Virus record (IMG/VR): IMGVR_UViG_3300016476_000066
Location: 1 to 25,821 of that record
Length of the DNA stretch: 25,821 nucleotides
From: a virus
Taxonomy: Duplodnaviria; Caudoviricetes
Reading direction: 5' to 3' (one strand)
Made by a program: the position numbers and the translations under genes. The notes below the pieces were generated by a model, which worked only from the letters and a program-made list of their open reading frames with translations, did no database searches and was not told the DNA's origin. Within the stretch, counting starts at the first letter, position 1; the number at the start of each line of letters is the position of its first letter. Positions 1-7,934 of the stretch are shown here, one piece after another.

Positions 1-111
1 CCGCAGCGCCGCTTCCAGCGTTTCAATGCGGTCGGCGGCTTCATCGCAGTTGCATTTCGTTGCATCACAGCAATGCTTATCGCGCAGCCGCTTCACAAGA
101 TCGTCGGTCAT
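1..111 (-). CDS. Small phage hypothetical protein, runs off the window edge (MTDDLVKRLRDKHCCDATKCNCDEAADRIETLEAALR...)
   Basis: Not in the ORF track; read manually. ATG at 111 overlaps the TGA of the upstream gene (TGATG) and is preceded by GGAG. The 'DLVKRLR...EAADRIETLEAAL' pattern is common in small phage proteins. Confidence 0.7.
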   Translation of the reverse strand, partial: MTDDLVKRLRDKHCCDATKCNCDEAADRIETLEAALR

Positions 112-326
112 CACAGCTCCTCCTTTGGTGGCTCTGGCAAAGGCATCCAGTGGGTTGGCTCAAAGCACAACCGAATTGGGTCTGCCCCATCGCAGTGGAA
201 AAAGAAAAACCTGTCTATCCACCAGCTTCCTGTTGCAGCCCAATAAGAACCGTCATCTTCCCAAGCAGCCAACAAAATATCACAGTTCCCATCCTTCGGC
301 GCAGTTTCAATAGGTTGCCACATCAC
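111..326 (-). CDS. DUF551-like phage protein
   Basis: WQPIETAPKDG N-terminus and PTHWMPLPEPP C-terminus are the typical signature; overlaps both neighbours. Confidence 0.85.
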   Translation of the reverse strand: MMWQPIETAPKDGNCDILLAAWEDDGSYWAATGSWWIDRFFFFHCDGADPIRLCFEPTHWMPLPEPPKEEL

Positions 327-667
327 AGCCCTTCTCCCTCTTGGAAATCCAGATCAACACGGATGCAGGCGATGCGGTGATTGTTGTGGCAAATTTTGTC
401 TGCTTCTTCTTTTGTTTTCCAACCGCCATGAATGACTTCGTTGTCATACACATTCAGCCACACCGTCCGCTTGTAGCGCGGTTTCACTTCTATGAGGTCG
501 CATTGATTGCGTCCGTACTGGTCTCTGCCATCTGAATACCAACCGGTCTGCAACCAGCCATCAGTTGTCTTTATTGCGCCGTGAATACGTTTCATGCCAC
601 CATCAGTCGCATAGATGCGGACCTCACGGCCATCGCGGGTGCGGTATTGTTTATCTTTGCTAATCAT
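323..667 (-). CDS. Phage hypothetical protein (MISKDKQYRTRDGREVRIYATD...)
   Basis: Start re-assigned to ATG 667, which forms a TGATG overlap with the upstream stop. The YRTRDGREVRI motif is typical of small phage proteins. Confidence 0.75.
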   Translation of the reverse strand: MISKDKQYRTRDGREVRIYATDGGMKRIHGAIKTTDGWLQTGWYSDGRDQYGRNQCDLIEVKPRYKRTVWLNVYDNEVIHGGWKTKEEADKICHNNHRIACIRVDLDFQEGEGL

Positions 668-957
668 CACTTTCTCTCCAGCGCATGACGGGTCCACACC
701 AATAACGACATTGCTGCATTAGGATGCGGTATACCGTTGTCGCCATCGACAACATCGGCTTTCTGTTCCAGATACTCCAAGATTGCAGGGAATAGGTTTT
801 CCAGCTCCTTAATGCGATTTGAAGATTGAGATAGTGCTTTCCGATATTGATCTATTGCCTCTTCAAACAGTGCAAACCTATCTAGTGCGTATCGGCACAA
901 TTCATCATCATGCTCATTAGCCATGATGCGTAGTTCTTCCATAAGATCGTCGCTCAT
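667..957 (-). CDS. Phage hypothetical protein, coiled-coil
   Basis: 96-aa ORF with AAGGGAG RBS, in operon and coupled to the downstream gene. Confidence 0.7.
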   Translation of the reverse strand: MSDDLMEELRIMANEHDDELCRYALDRFALFEEAIDQYRKALSQSSNRIKELENLFPAILEYLEQKADVVDGDNGIPHPNAAMSLLVWTRHALERK

Positions 958-979
958 CGTGATTCTCCCTTCACGAATG

Positions 980-1534
980 TTATCTCATCACCATCGCCAC
1001 ATACTGACGCTTGTACTGTTCAGCACGACGATGCAGTTTAATCTTCCATCCTTGCACACCTGCTACATGGCAAGCACTCATCTCTGCGTCTGTACGCACA
1101 CCGCTGTCGATGCACGACTTCATGTGCGCGATACCAGCAGCGACTGAGTATTCAGTATCGCGGGTTAGTCTTGCGATATCTGGGAAACCAAGAGCGCGAG
1201 CAGATGACGGCATAACTTGCATGACACCTCGTGCGCTCTCAGTTCCACCTTGCATCCTTACGACAGGCCCAACTGCCTGAGTGTTGAAGCGGCTCTCTGC
1301 ATGAGCGATCTTCACCGCTACATTGACCCACTGCGCCCCAAGCTTCTCTTGGGCCTGTCGCTCTACAATCTTGCGTACTCTTTCCTTATCAGCACTGAGG
1401 TTGTAATTCGCAGCCACTTTGACTGATCCCTTACCCCGTTCCCATTCCTTCATCCAATACTCGGCATTGCTTTCTTCAGAGAAGGCTGGTGTTGCAGCGA
1501 CGATAAAGATCGACGCAAGAATCGTCATTTTCAT
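980..1534 (-). CDS. Lytic transglycosylase (SLT family) with N-terminal signal peptide
   Basis: AHAESRFN (catalytic Glu-Ser) and ARGVMQVMP (GLMQ-like) motifs; N-terminus MKMTILASIFIVAATPAFS resembles a Sec signal peptide. Confidence 0.85.
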   Translation of the reverse strand: MKMTILASIFIVAATPAFSEESNAEYWMKEWERGKGSVKVAANYNLSADKERVRKIVERQAQEKLGAQWVNVAVKIAHAESRFNTQAVGPVVRMQGGTESARGVMQVMPSSARALGFPDIARLTRDTEYSVAAGIAHMKSCIDSGVRTDAEMSACHVAGVQGWKIKLHRRAEQYKRQYVAMVMR

Positions 1535-1812
1535 AAACTGTCTCTCTGCTCACGCTCCATAGCGGCACGACCCAGTGGCGTATCAGCCAACATACCAAGA
1601 GCGGCTTTATAAGTGTCCAAAAGGGCTTCTTCTTCAGCCAATTTGGACGGGTCTTTTTTACGCAAAGCAACGAGCTTCTTAATGATCTTAGGATCATAGC
1701 CGCTGCTTTTCGCCTCAAGGTAGATGTCCTTGATGTCTTCTGCAAGGATTGATCGTTCGTCTTCGAGCTTCTCAATCCGCTCCACAATAGCTTGTAGCTG
1801 ATTGTTCGTCAT
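1531..1812 (-). CDS. gapR: GapR/DUF2312-family nucleoid-associated DNA-binding protein
   Basis: QLQAIVERIEKLEDERSILAEDIKDIYLEAKSSGYDPKIIKKLVALRKKD...EEEALLDTYKAALGM closely follows the GapR consensus. Confidence 0.92.
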   Translation of the reverse strand: MTNNQLQAIVERIEKLEDERSILAEDIKDIYLEAKSSGYDPKIIKKLVALRKKDPSKLAEEEALLDTYKAALGMLADTPLGRAAMEREQRDSL

Positions 1813-2080
1813 GGTTTGCTTCTCCCTTCTCTATCTCGCGAAGCGCGAGCTGTGCGTAGCCTTGGATGTCGAGCCAGTGATCTTTTTCCAGCTCATCTCC
1901 AGCCACAATACGAGCCATTTTGTCACACATCAGGTCCAGTGATTGAGCCATTGGAAAGTCAAGAAAAGGCCATTTTCCATGTGCCCTGAGTGTGCTTTTC
2001 ATAGTCTGAGAAATCCACGCAACATCGGCATAGTCGCCATGAGTTGCTTCTCGCTCAGACAGTATATTCTCCAGACTCAA
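1772..2080 (-). CDS. DUF6378-like phage protein
   Basis: ILSEREATHGDY...KMARIVAGD...DHWLDIQGYAQL motif. Probable start is TTG 2080 after GGGAG, in frame with track ORF 1772..2185. Confidence 0.7.
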   Translation of the reverse strand: MSLENILSEREATHGDYADVAWISQTMKSTLRAHGKWPFLDFPMAQSLDLMCDKMARIVAGDELEKDHWLDIQGYAQLALREIEKGEANHDEQSATSYCGAD

Positions 2081-2525
2081 TGAACTTCTCCCACATTTGT
2101 AGTCCGTGAACGATGGTTGAGTGGTCTCTATTAAAGAGCCTACCGATTTGCGGAGTTGAGAAACCAGCATCTCGCAGAACTGCAAAACAATGCCTGCGCG
2201 GTTGCTGGTATTTCAAAACCCTACTTGGTCCACTAAGCTCCTTATAAGAGATGTTGTATTTCAGGATTACAGGCTCAAGAACTTCTCGCGACTTCATCCC
2301 CTTCAGCCCATTAAGAAGTGGGTTCTTCATCCGCTTCTCATCTTCCTTCAGCTCATTCAAAGCTTGCTGGAATGGGCCAATAGAAACGACAGGCGCTATC
2401 TTCTTTGGTTCCTCCTCCTTCTTGCGCGGGATGTTAACGACAACTTGCTTAGGCTTCCCATACAAGCGTTCTCGAACGCGCGCATAGTTCTCCATGAAGT
2501 CTAATGGTACGCTTGCATCAGCCAT
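2055..2525 (-). CDS. HTH protein with DnaA C-terminal (domain IV)-like fold
   Basis: PRRHCFAVLRDAGFSTPQIGRLFNRDHSTIVHGL matches the DnaA domain IV signature (S.p.IG..F.RDHtTV.ha); no AAA+ domain is present. Confidence 0.85.
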   Translation of the reverse strand: MADASVPLDFMENYARVRERLYGKPKQVVVNIPRKKEEEPKKIAPVVSIGPFQQALNELKEDEKRMKNPLLNGLKGMKSREVLEPVILKYNISYKELSGPSRVLKYQQPRRHCFAVLRDAGFSTPQIGRLFNRDHSTIVHGLQMWEKFIESGEYTV

Positions 2526-2698
2526 GAACGCGCTCCCTTCAGCGATGTGGCGTAATGAAGTTGACCATGCACTGACACAGCACGAAAGCGGCGCTCAGGC
2601 GTGATGTTGCTTTTGACCTTGCTGATGTAGCCGACAACCTTGTCGAAGTATGTCAGCGTGAAAGTGCCATCCTTGTGGTTTTCGAGATTGACCACCAT
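2501..2698 (-). CDS. Small hypothetical protein, first gene of the leftward operon
   Basis: ATG 2698 preceded by GGGAG; 65 aa (MVVNLENHKDG...). The longer track ORF crosses the AT-rich intergenic region and the int start. Confidence 0.7.
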   Translation of the reverse strand: MVVNLENHKDGTFTLTYFDKVVGYISKVKSNITPERRFRAVSVHGQLHYATSLKGARSWLMQAYH

Positions 2699-2713
2699 GT
2701 TACAGCTCCCGTT

Positions 2714-2730
2714 ACACGAATCAGTCGTGT
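2714..2730. promoter_or_regulatory. Inverted repeat ACACGA-N5-TCGTGT (operator or recombination core candidate)
   Basis: Perfect 6-bp inverted repeat just downstream of the putative -10 box; contains a GANTC site. Confidence 0.4.
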
Positions 2731-2736
2731 GAGATA

Positions 2737-2764
2737 AAGATACTGCTTGTTTTTTTATTCGCAA
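2737..2764 (-). promoter_or_regulatory. Putative sigma70 promoter for the leftward operon
   Basis: Minus strand reads TTGCGA-N16-TATCTT, with an A-rich UP-like tract upstream, in the only long AT-rich intergenic region. Confidence 0.5.
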
Positions 2765-2810
2765 CTGTTTATTTTGATTTGCATGAAAGATTTTTCGTGG
2801 GAGACGAAAG

Positions 2811-3701
2811 ATGGTTAAGAACGACTTCAATGCTTGGGTGAATGAGCGTCACGAGCTTGGCATTATCAATGACAAGTCTCTTGAGAACTACAAGTCGCTG
2901 ACGGCTCACTTCATGGCGAAGTTTGAAAATGTATCGGCTTGCGATATTTCATCTAAGGATGTGACAAGGTTCTATGTTGAGCGCCTGAAGCTTGCTTCGC
3001 CCAGCACGATCCGCATCACTCACCAAATCCTTAAAAGCTTCTTCGCCGATCTTCAGAAGGAAGGTAAGATCATCGTTTCGCCTATGATTGAAGCCAAGCC
3101 GCCTAAGAAGGCCGCTGGCGAGCGCAAGGCTCTTGATGACGAGCAGATCAAGGCGCTGATGTCTTATGCTGCTACACGCCCGTTTCTGAGCCTTGTCGTG
3201 CATCTTGCTATCAGCACTGGTATGCGCCGTGGCGAAATGGCTGCACTGCGCTGGGGCGATGTCGATTTGAAAAACGGTCGCATCTACATCCGGCGATCAC
3301 GTATCAAAGTTGGTACATCTGAGATCGAGAAGGAACCTAAGTCAGAGGCTGGCATTCGCACTGTCGTAATCCCAGAAACCCTGATCTCCTTCCTGTGTGA
3401 CAAAGTAAGACACGACGATATGCCAGTTCTTGTCACGGCACATGGGCAGCGTCCTTCCCTTGCCTATATCTCAAACGTCATCAAAGAGGCTATGAGGGCG
3501 ATAGGCTGCGATGACGGGTACTGCTTGCACAGCACCCGCCACACACACGCCACACATCTTTTGAAGGCCAATATGCCTATCAAGGCAGTGTCGAAGCGCT
3601 TAGGTCACTCCGACATTTCCATCACTATGCGGACCTACGCCAAGGTGCTGGACAATGATGACGCTGAACTTGCCAGCGCCATCAATCGTATTATTGCCTA
3701 G
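2811..3701 (+). CDS. int: Tyrosine recombinase / phage integrase
   Basis: TGMRRGE (Arg I), EPKS (Lys), LHSTRHTHAT (HxxR) and LGHSDISITMRTYA (His/Tyr) motifs; SAM-like core-binding N-terminus; GGGAG RBS. Confidence 0.95.
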   Translation: MVKNDFNAWVNERHELGIINDKSLENYKSLTAHFMAKFENVSACDISSKDVTRFYVERLKLASPSTIRITHQILKSFFADLQKEGKIIVSPMIEAKPPKKAAGERKALDDEQIKALMSYAATRPFLSLVVHLAISTGMRRGEMAALRWGDVDLKNGRIYIRRSRIKVGTSEIEKEPKSEAGIRTVVIPETLISFLCDKVRHDDMPVLVTAHGQRPSLAYISNVIKEAMRAIGCDDGYCLHSTRHTHATHLLKANMPIKAVSKRLGHSDISITMRTYAKVLDNDDAELASAINRIIA

Positions 3702-6009
3702 TCTCAAGAAGGCCGGGAACAGTGATGTTGCGCGTAGCCAAGATGTTGCGCGCAATCTCACCATTGATGTCGTTCTGCTGCGCCATCTGCTGAATTTTGC
3801 GCAAACCAGTTTCGCCTTCCAACAGAATCTTGCTTATCTCTTCGCTACGTTTTGCAATAGCAGCCTGAGTAGCTGCACCGCGAGCCGTTGCAAGAGGAGT
3901 TGCCACAGCACGCGCAAGACCCGGAATACCACCAGAGCCAATCAGTTCGTTAAACTGACGATTAAGCTCTGTCTGCGACCCTGGACGCTGCCTGTATCCC
4001 GTTGCTTGAAGAACATCCATGAGACGTTCAAAGCCCGGAACCTGAGCGCCAGCACCAGAGCCACGCATAGCAGCAAGAGTATTAGCGTACTGCTGAGGGT
4101 TGCGCTGAAGAGCAGCTTGGAATGCTGCACCAGCATACTGGTTAGGAAGACCACCAGCAGTCAAAGCCTCTGCCGTCCTGTTCGCAACAGAACCAAGTTC
4201 CTGACGAACAAGCTCGCGAGCCGTTCCAACCTGAACAGCAGGAGGAAGGTTCACATCAGGAAGCTTCATAGGCTGAGGAGCCATACGAGCCTCACGAGCA
4301 GCGATTGACTGGAACGCCCTCTGAATCTCTCCTTGTTGCCCCGGAACAACTGCTGAACCCTTTGGGAATAGCGCCTGCTGCTGGGCAGCAAACGTCTCAG
4401 CACCAGCAAACTTTCCAGTTGGCGTTGCTTTGAAGTTGTCAATCAGACGAGACAGGCGCTCATATTCCTGACGCCCCTGAGCAAGAGCTGGAACATTGCG
4501 TTCAAGCCTATCGTAAAGAGACTGAAGCCCTTTCTGCAACTCGCCGCTTTGCACCTTTGAAATGCCTTCAGCGCTTGAAAGCGGAACAGTTGCGCGTTCA
4601 CGCATAAGCTGACGAGCCATTTCAAGGCTATTAACATCAGTGATGTATTCTTCAGGAACAGCAGGCTTACCGGGTTCTTGAACCTTAATGGCCTTCATTC
4701 CCTCAGGAGTTGTGCGAGGTCCGGGTGGCGTAGGACCACGCCCCGGCGTCTTGATAAGAAGACCTTCAAGCTGGTTCAATACAGGCGCAATAATCTTGCC
4801 TGTCTGATCTTTAGCAGCCAGAGAACGTAGATCTTTAATAACACCCGCCACAACATTCTGCGTGACTTCTTCATCACGAGCAGAAGCATAATATGGCTGA
4901 GTTGCACGAGTGCGAAGTCGATCAACAGAAGCATTGATGTCTTCTGCAATGCGTCTAGCCTTCGGCTCAAGCAGTGATGGATTTGCCAATGCTGGAGCAA
5001 TCTCATCCAGCTGACGCTGAACAGCCTGAGATACCTGCTCAGGGCGACGAGCCATAGTCTGAGCAAACATACCAGCGCCACCGACAGACTGCTCCATCAA
5101 GCGCTGAAGGTCTCCAAGACCAGTTGCGCCCTTAGTCACAGCCTGAATTGCTTCAGCAGGAGTTAGATCGACGCCAAACTGTGTTTTGGCATCGTTGATA
5201 AGCTTAGCAGCCTGATCGTACTGTTGCTGTGTAACTCCAGCCGCGCGCTGACCAACAATATCGACGAGCGGAGAGCTGCGAACAGCACGGTATAGTTCAC
5301 CGCCAGCACCAAAGCCACCACCAAATGCTGCGCCAAGAAGACCTTCACGGACTGCTTCTTGCTGTTTCGCCTCGTAGCGCTGTGGCTGCTCAACGATGCC
5401 AGTTGGCGCAGTAGCACCAACTGCTGCACCACCAGCGCCGCCTGAAATAGCACCACCAGCAATGCGACCAAGTGATTGCACAATCGGCGGCAAGTTAGCC
5501 AGCATAGGAAGACGACCAGCAATGCCAAGTGCTGCATTGGTAAGTGATGCTGCCGCTCCAAATGGGATAATAGAGCCGCCAATCTTACCAGCGGTTTGCG
5601 CGCCCTGCGGACCAATGCCTTTAAGATACTGAGTAGCTTCTGCCGCTGCCTCACCAGCACGACCGGGGAGAAGTTCGCCAATACCAGTTCCGATCTGACC
5701 AACGCCAGAGGCCATACCCTTACCAACTTCACCCATATACTGACCAGAACGAAGCATCTGCTCAGAATATGGCATCTGAGAAGGAGCGACCTCTGCTTCT
5801 GTCATTCCTGTGAATGCACCCATTGGGTCATAGCTAGGAATCTGCCGCCCCGTAGTAGGAGCGGCAGGAGCAGTCGCGGCAGGAGCAGCCTTTGGCGCTT
5901 TTGGATTTTCAGAAGCCCAACGATCTGCTTCTGCAATCGCAGAAGCGTCATCGGGGGCTTCAATATCAAGAACGCGCCCGTCTGCTGTTTCAATAGTAAA
6001 GATAGGCAT
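3691..6009 (-). CDS. Large internal virion / DNA ejection protein
   Basis: 772 aa, Ala/Gly/Gln-rich and helical, with Gly-rich hydrophobic segments; last gene of the podovirus virion operon (position-based call). Confidence 0.7.
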   Translation of the reverse strand: MPIFTIETADGRVLDIEAPDDASAIAEADRWASENPKAPKAAPAATAPAAPTTGRQIPSYDPMGAFTGMTEAEVAPSQMPYSEQMLRSGQYMGEVGKGMASGVGQIGTGIGELLPGRAGEAAAEATQYLKGIGPQGAQTAGKIGGSIIPFGAAASLTNAALGIAGRLPMLANLPPIVQSLGRIAGGAISGGAGGAAVGATAPTGIVEQPQRYEAKQQEAVREGLLGAAFGGGFGAGGELYRAVRSSPLVDIVGQRAAGVTQQQYDQAAKLINDAKTQFGVDLTPAEAIQAVTKGATGLGDLQRLMEQSVGGAGMFAQTMARRPEQVSQAVQRQLDEIAPALANPSLLEPKARRIAEDINASVDRLRTRATQPYYASARDEEVTQNVVAGVIKDLRSLAAKDQTGKIIAPVLNQLEGLLIKTPGRGPTPPGPRTTPEGMKAIKVQEPGKPAVPEEYITDVNSLEMARQLMRERATVPLSSAEGISKVQSGELQKGLQSLYDRLERNVPALAQGRQEYERLSRLIDNFKATPTGKFAGAETFAAQQQALFPKGSAVVPGQQGEIQRAFQSIAAREARMAPQPMKLPDVNLPPAVQVGTARELVRQELGSVANRTAEALTAGGLPNQYAGAAFQAALQRNPQQYANTLAAMRGSGAGAQVPGFERLMDVLQATGYRQRPGSQTELNRQFNELIGSGGIPGLARAVATPLATARGAATQAAIAKRSEEISKILLEGETGLRKIQQMAQQNDINGEIARNILATRNITVPGLLETRQ

Positions 6010-7317
6010 TTATCTTTCCCTTACAGAGAGAACGCGAGAAGCGCCGGGAGCGCCGCCTGCCTGCGGTGGCTTGTAAGCAGGAGGCTCAGCAGTTGTAAGA
6101 TAATTTTTATACTTCTGAGCATCTGGATCAAGCTCAAGAGCAGACTCAACTTTTTTGTTAAGCCTAACAAGCTTTTCTCTAGCCATTCGCTCTGTGATGT
6201 CCATCAGGCGGGCGATTGACTCATTATCAAGAGAAATCCTGCCGCCAGCCGCATCTCTAGCAAAGTCACGGTCGGCGTTAGAAATTCCAGTGCCAGCTCC
6301 AAGACCCTGTACAAGTTCAAGGATCAATGGAGCCATTGTAGCTTGGAACGCCTCTGTGTTCGACACTTTAGGATCAACATTGCCGAATGCAGTCAAAACT
6401 TTTCTGACCTGCAATTCAACGGGAGCCTGAATGCCAGCTACAATGCCCTGATCAAACTGTGAACGAGCATTTTGAACAGTGCGAATTGTATTAGCCGCAG
6501 TTTCAGCAGCCTTTGCCTCTTCAAACACCTTATCTGTAATGCCCTTAACCATTGGGCTACCACCAATGGTAACTTGTTGCGCTCCAGCACGCTTCATTTG
6601 CGTCATGTAGTCAACAAATGAAGGCACGGGTTGCCCCGCCGCTGCTGCTTGCTGAGATGCAACGAGATAGTTCTTATAATCATTGCTTGGGTCAGCTTTT
6701 TGCGGGAGCCTAGATTTAACATAGGCTTCAGCAATTTCTGGATTTGTAGAAATAAGCTGACGAACAGGCTCGCTAAGAGCTGTGTCTTGCGCCAAAAGAT
6801 CAGGCAGCATTTTGTTAGTTTTTGCGCGAGCTTCTGCTTCTTCAACTTTAAGTCGATTGACCCTATTTTGAAGAGTATCAAGCTTATCAAGCTGCGTTGT
6901 GCGAAGCAGATCAGCAACGGACTTAACACCCAAGCCCTGTGGGAGATCAATTCCTGTCTTTGCCTTAAAAGCAGCAGGGTCTTTCATCAACTCGCGAAGA
7001 GTGTTTTCTTCGTCCAGCTCCTGCATTGCTTTCTTTTGCTGCGCAAGCATCAAGCGCGACTGAGATGCTTTGTAGATATCAGTGGTCATGCCGCCAAAAG
7101 CAGGACCAATCTGAGCCAAAATTTGCCCTCGCTGCGCACCTGTCATCGGCTGACCAGCTGCAAGAAGCAGGGCTGAGACATTGGCAAGCGTGTTGATGCC
7201 TGCCTGACGCACATCAGACTCTGGAACCCCGTATTGAGGGTTAATCGCATTTGAGTCAGCGTACTTACCGCCGCCAAGCAGGAAGTCGCTAAAGCCACCA
7301 AGCAGGCCGTCAGCCAT
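6010..7317 (-). CDS. Internal virion / ejection protein
   Basis: 435-aa helical protein abutting the next gene, within the ejection-protein cluster. Confidence 0.65.
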   Translation of the reverse strand: MADGLLGGFSDFLLGGGKYADSNAINPQYGVPESDVRQAGINTLANVSALLLAAGQPMTGAQRGQILAQIGPAFGGMTTDIYKASQSRLMLAQQKKAMQELDEENTLRELMKDPAAFKAKTGIDLPQGLGVKSVADLLRTTQLDKLDTLQNRVNRLKVEEAEARAKTNKMLPDLLAQDTALSEPVRQLISTNPEIAEAYVKSRLPQKADPSNDYKNYLVASQQAAAAGQPVPSFVDYMTQMKRAGAQQVTIGGSPMVKGITDKVFEEAKAAETAANTIRTVQNARSQFDQGIVAGIQAPVELQVRKVLTAFGNVDPKVSNTEAFQATMAPLILELVQGLGAGTGISNADRDFARDAAGGRISLDNESIARLMDITERMAREKLVRLNKKVESALELDPDAQKYKNYLTTAEPPAYKPPQAGGAPGASRVLSVRER

Positions 7318-7328
7318 GTTCTATCTCC

Positions 7329-7934
7329 TTACAGCAGACCAATGCGCTGAGCAGCGGCAGAGGCTCTAAAGAAATCTGCTGCACTTTCTGGGTCGCCCCA
7401 GTTTACAGTTTGCGGAAGCGGAGCGCCAGTCATGTCAGGCCCCTGCGGAGCCATTACGACAGGCATTGAGTTAGACTGGTAATCTTCACCGCTAAAGATG
7501 CGGCTAAGAAACCCCGGCGCAGCTGGAGCAGAAGTAGATGTTGCAGACTGAATTGGTGCAGGGCGAGCCGCTGCACTCGGAGCAGCCGGAACAGTAGGGG
7601 CAGTAAGGCCACCAAACTGGTTTGGAGCGTATCCCATCATGCTGGGAAGCTGTGGCGTAGGTGCAGCAGCAGGTGCAGCTTGCGGCTGTTGAAATTGCAC
7701 TCTCGGAAGCGCTGGTAGCCCCGGAATTGTAAATGGGACTGTTGCGCGCTGTGTATAATAATCAATCGCCGGAAGACCCTGCATCAACTGCAACAGATCG
7801 GGTCGATCCATTTGAGTCATAGGCTGAGACGGCATTTGAGGCATATTGATAGCAGGAAGCTGCATACGGCTTTGACCAGCCTGACCAAGAGGCTGAGAAG
7901 CGCGTCCCATCATAAGGTCCATCAGTGTAGCCAT
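7329..7934 (-). CDS. Pro/Ala/Gln-rich probable internal virion protein
   Basis: 201-aa low-complexity protein; TAATG coupling with the upstream gene. Confidence 0.6.
   Translation of the reverse strand: MATLMDLMMGRASQPLGQAGQSRMQLPAINMPQMPSQPMTQMDRPDLLQLMQGLPAIDYYTQRATVPFTIPGLPALPRVQFQQPQAAPAAAPTPQLPSMMGYAPNQFGGLTAPTVPAAPSAAARPAPIQSATSTSAPAAPGFLSRIFSGEDYQSNSMPVVMAPQGPDMTGAPLPQTVNWGDPESAADFFRASAAAQRIGLL

Noticed and set aside
2699-2810. tRNA-derived attP or dif-like site
   Set aside because: No tRNA 3' end and no XerD arm (TTATGTTAAA-like) recognisable.
3655-6219. Plus-strand ORFs of 217 and 207 aa and alternative-frame minus ORFs
   Set aside because: They fully overlap well-supported virion genes and have Ser/Arg/Leu-rich shadow composition.
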